From: Candidatus Spongiisociaceae bacterium
GTDB taxonomy: Bacteria; Actinomycetota; Acidimicrobiia; Spongiisociales; Spongiisociaceae
Length of the DNA: 64,000 nt
Reading direction: 5' to 3'
Assembly: GCA_965243835.1 (NCBI GenBank)
Contig: OZ251578.1
Coordinates: 1,760,303 to 1,824,302, forward strand
The position numbers and the translations under genes were made by a program. This document shows positions 60,368-64,000 of the stretch, one piece after another. Numbering within the stretch: the stretch's first letter is position 1; each line of letters starts with the position of its first letter. Under the pieces are notes generated by a model that worked only from the letters and a program-made list of their open reading frames with translations, made no database searches and was not told the DNA's origin.

Positions 60368-61551
60368 CCTTCCTCCGCAAGGTCCGTCTGGAAAACCTGC
60401 TTTCCTTCGGCCCCGCCGGCCAGGAACTGGATCTGGGCCCGCTGAACGTGCTGATCGGCCGCAACGGCTCCGGCAAATCCAACCTGCCCGCCGCCCTGGG
60501 CATATTGGCCGCCGCCCCGCGCAACCTGCCGACGCCCATCCGCGCCGCAGGGGGAACGAGCGAATGGCTTTGGAAAGGGGCCGACCAGCCGCCCGTTGCG
60601 ACCGTGGAGGCGACGGTTGAGTACCCGGAGGGCGCTTCCCCCCTCATATATCGACTTTCTTTCACCGCCAAAGGGCACCGGTTCACTTTGGTAGACGAAG
60701 CCATCGAAAACGCCAACCCGTCCTCCGGCGAAAGCTCGCCTTCCTTCTATTATCGTTATCAGGGAGGCCAACCGATTTTGAACGTAAGAACCGAAGAAGG
60801 GTTTTGGCGGGAAAAAACCGTTGACCCTGAATATATGAACAGCGAAACCTCGGTCCTTCGCAATTATATAGACCCCTTACATTACCCGCAAATAACATAT
60901 CTAGGTGAACGGTTTCCAAAAATACTCATATACCCACAGTGGAGCTTTAGTCATTACTCGCCGCCTCGTCAACCCGCCTCAACTGACTCGCTTCCCTATG
61001 TATTGCTAGATGATGCTTCGAACCTCGCTTTGGTGATGAACAACTTGCTTAATAAGCCTACAATTCGAAGGGAAATACTTGAGAAAGTCAGGAATTTTGA
61101 TCCTGACATTGAAGACATTGTAACCAATGTCGATGGTCGCAGTGTACAGATATATACTCATGAAAAAGGTTTAAACCATCCAATATCGGCTATGCATTTT
61201 GGGGATGGGCTCCTCCAATACTTATGCCTGTTGGCTGTCCTTTATAAACCTGAATCTCCGCCTCTTATCTGTCTTTCCGAACCGGAATCCAACCTGCACC
61301 CAGATATAATACCGGATGTAGCAAAACTTCTGTTAGAGGCTTCCTCACGAAGCCAAATTATCATAACCACTCAATCCGATATTATGGTAGATGCCCTAAC
61401 GGAAACACCCGAATCCATAGTGGTATGTGAAAAATACGATAACTGCACCCAACTACATCGCCTGAGTAGAGAACAGTTGCAACCTTGGCTAGATGAATAC
61501 AGACTAGGTGATTTGTGGATATCCGGTCAAATAGGCGGCAACCGATGGTGA
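60364..61551 (+). CDS. ABC-type AAA_21-family ATPase (abortive-infection/defense-type ATPase, about 395 aa)
   Basis: Walker [10 protein letters not shown], signature-like [15 protein letters not shown], Walker [14 protein letters not shown]; AT-rich 3' two-thirds. Confidence 0.7.
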   Translation: MTFLRKVRLENLLSFGPAGQELDLGPLNVLIGRNGSGKSNLPAALGILAAAPRNLPTPIRAAGGTSEWLWKGADQPPVATVEATVEYPEGASPLIYRLSFTAKGHRFTLVDEAIENANPSSGESSPSFYYRYQGGQPILNVRTEEGFWREKTVDPEYMNSETSVLRNYIDPLHYPQITYLGERFPKILIYPQWSFSHYSPPRQPASTDSLPYVLLDDASNLALVMNNLLNKPTIRREILEKVRNFDPDIEDIVTNVDGRSVQIYTHEKGLNHPISAMHFGDGLLQYLCLLAVLYKPESPPLICLSEPESNLHPDIIPDVAKLLLEASSRSQIIITTQSDIMVDALTETPESIVVCEKYDNCTQLHRLSREQLQPWLDEYRLGDLWISGQIGGNRW

Positions 61552-63121
61552 CCACCGGAAAGGAAACAGCAGTTCAAGGGGCTACGACTGGGTATGAGGC
61601 TGAGCTGTGGAAGATGGCGGACAGTCTGCGGGGGAGCATGGACGCCGCCGAGTACAAGCATGTGGTGTTGGGGCTGATCTTTCTCAAGTATGTTTCGGAC
61701 GCGTTCGAGGAACTACACGAACATCTGCAGGGAGTACCCGACGCCGACCCGGAGGACCCGGAGGAATACGTCGCCGAGAGTGTGTTCTGGGTGCCGAGCG
61801 AAGCGCGGTGGGGGCTCTTGCAAGCCGAGGCCAAGCAACCCGACATCGGGCAACTGGTAGATGAAGCGATGGACGCCATCGAACGGGACAACCCCGCCCT
61901 CAAGGATGTGTTGCCCAAAGAGTACGCCCGGCCCGCTTTGGACAAAACACGACTCGGCCAGCTGATTGACCTAATCAGCAACGTCAAAGTGGGCGACGCG
62001 GAGTCGCGTTCCAAGGATGTGCTGGGACGGGTCTACGAATATTTTCTGGCGCAGTTCGCCGGGGCGGAAGGCAAACGGGGCGGCGAGTTCTACACTCCGC
62101 GGTGCGTGGTGAAACTGCTGGTGGAAATGCTGGAACCCTACAACGGCCGAGTGTACGACCCGTGTTGTGGCTCATCGGGAATGTTCGTGCAGTCCATGGA
62201 GTTCATCCGCTCGCACGCCACCGGCAACGGGAACGGCGGCCTGGCGGGCGACATTTCCATCTTCGGTCAAGAGTCCAACTACACAACTTGGCGGATGGCG
62301 AAGATGAACCTGGCCATCCGGGGCATCAACGGCCAGATCGAAATCGGCGACACTTTCCACGATGACCGCCACCCCGACCTGAAAGCCGACTTCATCCTGG
62401 CCAACCCCCCGTTCAACATTTCCGACTGGGGCGGCGAACGACTGACCGACGATCAACGCTGGAAATACGGCATCCCACCCAAAAGCAACGCCAACTTCGC
62501 TTGGATGCAACACATAGTCCATCACTTGTCTCCGGGGGGGGGGGTGGGATCGTGCTTGCCAACGGGTCAATGTCGTCCCAGCAGTCCAACGAAGGCGAGA
62601 TACGCAAAAATCTGCTAGAGGCCGATTTGGTGGACTGTATGGTGGCCCTGCCTGGCCAGCTGTTCTACTCCACCCAGATCCCCGCCTGCCTCTGGTTCCT
62701 GTCCCGCAACCGAGGTAACGGACCGTTTCGAGACCGCCGCGGCGAGGTGCTTTTCATAGACGCCCGCCGAATGGGCGTAATGCGAGACCGCACCCATCGC
62801 GAACTTACCAATGATGAGATAAGTCGCATCACCAACACCTACCATGCCTGGCGCGGCGAGACAGACGCAGACGAATTTGCCAATATCCCAGGCTTCTGCT
62901 ATAGTGTACCCATAGAGGAGTTACGCAAACACGATTACGTGTTAACTCCTAGTCGCTACGTAGGAGTGGAGCCTGAAGAGGAGGAGGACGAGCCTTTCGA
63001 AGAAAAAATGACCCGACTAATCAGGCAATGGAATTATCAAACAAGCAAGGCCTTAGATACTAACAAGAAAATCACCAATAACTTAAAAAAGGTAGGATTT
63101 ACCACTGTAAGGGAACTCTAA
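61545..63121 (+). pseudogene. hsdM: type I restriction-modification methyltransferase subunit HsdM, split by a frameshift at a G11 homopolymer (phase-variable or disrupted)
   Basis: Upstream frame carries the HsdM N-domain ([26 protein letters not shown]) and catalytic NPPF. Downstream frame carries [11 protein letters not shown]...[14 protein letters not shown]. The frames switch inside GGGGGGGGGGG at 62534-62544. Confidence 0.8.
62534..62544 (+). repeat. G11 homopolymeric tract inside hsdM (currently out of frame; G12 or G9 would restore the ORF)
   Basis: Direct count of 11 G; reading-frame analysis of the flanking HsdM motifs. Confidence 0.9.
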
Positions 63122-63122
63122 A

Positions 63123-63743
63123 ATGGAATGGATATCTATGATTACTTCTTCTCTCATCGCGCTGTCCATCGCAGCTATTACTTGGTTTTTAGTATCTAGT
63201 ATCGAAAAATCTAGAAGAGAGCGGGAGCGATTGCAAGATGAACGGAGGAATCTCTATATGCATATTCTAGAGCCTTATATTATTATATTTGATAATATAA
63301 ATGAACAAACTTCAGATAATGAAATGGACCAACAAACTGGAATACGAACCGAGCTACAAGAATCACTCGATATGATAATATCAACAAATTATCGCAGAAA
63401 AGCCTTTGAACTTGTTCTAATAGGATCTGATAAAACTATTTTATTTTATAATAAACTAATAGAAATAGGACACGCTCTAGACAATAATCGTAATTCTATA
63501 CAAAATATAAGCGAAACAATCGTCATCAAATTTGGCGAATTGCTTTTATCGATAAGAAAAGATTTAGTAGGCAAAAGAACTAAACTAAACGAAATAGAAA
63601 TATTGAAAGGACACATAAAAGATATTAATATTCATATAGAAATATATAAGAAAAAATGGTCTATAATATACAAGATGCTTAGAAAACCTTCCTACGTATT
63701 AAGACCCAGAAAAATAGTTAATGAAAACGAAAGAAACAAATGA
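63123..63743 (+). CDS. hypothetical AT-rich protein (206 aa, N-terminal TM helix) inserted between hsdM and hsdS
   Basis: Very low GC, Lys/Ile/Asn-rich; start 2 nt after the hsdM stop; stop overlaps the hsdS start (ATGA at 63740-63743). Confidence 0.5.
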   Translation: MEWISMITSSLIALSIAAITWFLVSSIEKSRRERERLQDERRNLYMHILEPYIIIFDNINEQTSDNEMDQQTGIRTELQESLDMIISTNYRRKAFELVLIGSDKTILFYNKLIEIGHALDNNRNSIQNISETIVIKFGELLLSIRKDLVGKRTKLNEIEILKGHIKDINIHIEIYKKKWSIIYKMLRKPSYVLRPRKIVNENERNK

Positions 63744-64000
63744 AAAAATACATGAAGCAAGCCACTTTAGGTAGCATAGCACCATTCACTTATGGTAAAG
63801 GCTTACTCAAATCTAAGAGAAACCACTTCGGTAGGGTACCGGTATATGGTTCAAATGGTATCATCGATTATCATGATACGCCGCTAACAGATGGACCCAC
63901 AATTATAATAGGTCGCAAAGGTACTGTAGGAGCTGTGCATTTTTCTCGTATCCCTTGCTGGCCAATTGACACAACATTTTACATAACAAGCTCAGATATT
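63740..64000 (+). CDS. hsdS: type I restriction-modification specificity subunit HsdS, N-terminal part (continues beyond window)
   Basis: N-terminal TRD-like sequence (GRVPVYGSNGIIDYHDTPLTDGPTIIIGRKGTVGAVHF..WPIDTTFYI) typical of HsdS. Confidence 0.7.
   Translation, partial: MKKYMKQATLGSIAPFTYGKGLLKSKRNHFGRVPVYGSNGIIDYHDTPLTDGPTIIIGRKGTVGAVHFSRIPCWPIDTTFYITSSDI

Overview
This is a 64-kb window from a high-GC (about 70%) genome. The gene content points to an actinobacterial or Chloroflexi-type organism: F420-dependent enzymes, a form I aerobic CO dehydrogenase (coxMSL, with the AYRCSFR signature), Gram-positive-type LexA boxes (CGAAC-N4-GTTCG), SLH-domain proteins and a tRNA-Val. Housekeeping genes include recA, cinA, thpR, rimO/miaB, fabH, zwf, pgi, ridA, a sugar ABC transporter and an acyl-CoA dehydrogenase. 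Between them sit several low-GC or accessory islands. Unusually, four tandem-repeat arrays are built from duplicated gene ends and intergenic DNA.

The islands are:
1. A tightly coupled five-gene minus-strand operon (550-5840): GHKL ATPase, unknown protein, 260-aa paralog, PAPS-reductase-like protein, 264-aa paralog. The ATPase gene carries an in-frame G12 tract.
2. A RecQ-family helicase fused to a ComFC-like phosphoribosyltransferase domain, translationally coupled (TAATG) to a full-length DprA homolog (8971-12125). It is preceded by six tandem copies of a roughly 360-bp promoter-leader-start-codon cassette.
3. An AT-rich Rad50/SMC-like ABC ATPase with a CPVC zinc hook plus a 144-aa partner (12126-14922).
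4. An orphan beta-class DNA methyltransferase with an atypical motif IV (45261-46331).
5. An MT-A70 methyltransferase and a Gp37/Gp68 (DUF5131) pair beside recA (52099-53565).
6. A small protein and an AAA_21-type ATPase coupled directly upstream of a type I R-M locus (60089-64000). Its hsdM is split by a frameshift at a G11 tract, and an AT-rich ORF lies between hsdM and hsdS.

Arrays A (6857-9000) and B (20160-21300) share a roughly 130-nt core in opposite orientations, each pointing at its downstream gene. The core holds sigma70-like hexamers, a G-rich tract capable of forming a G-quadruplex, and an A5T5 palindrome. Arrays D (24780-25900) and C (28190-30188) flank pgi; they consist of decayed tandem copies of the pgi-3'/zwf-5' junction and of ridA, respectively.

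No CRISPR array, rRNA, transposase or integrase was seen. All calls rest on reading motifs in the supplied translations; no database search was run.
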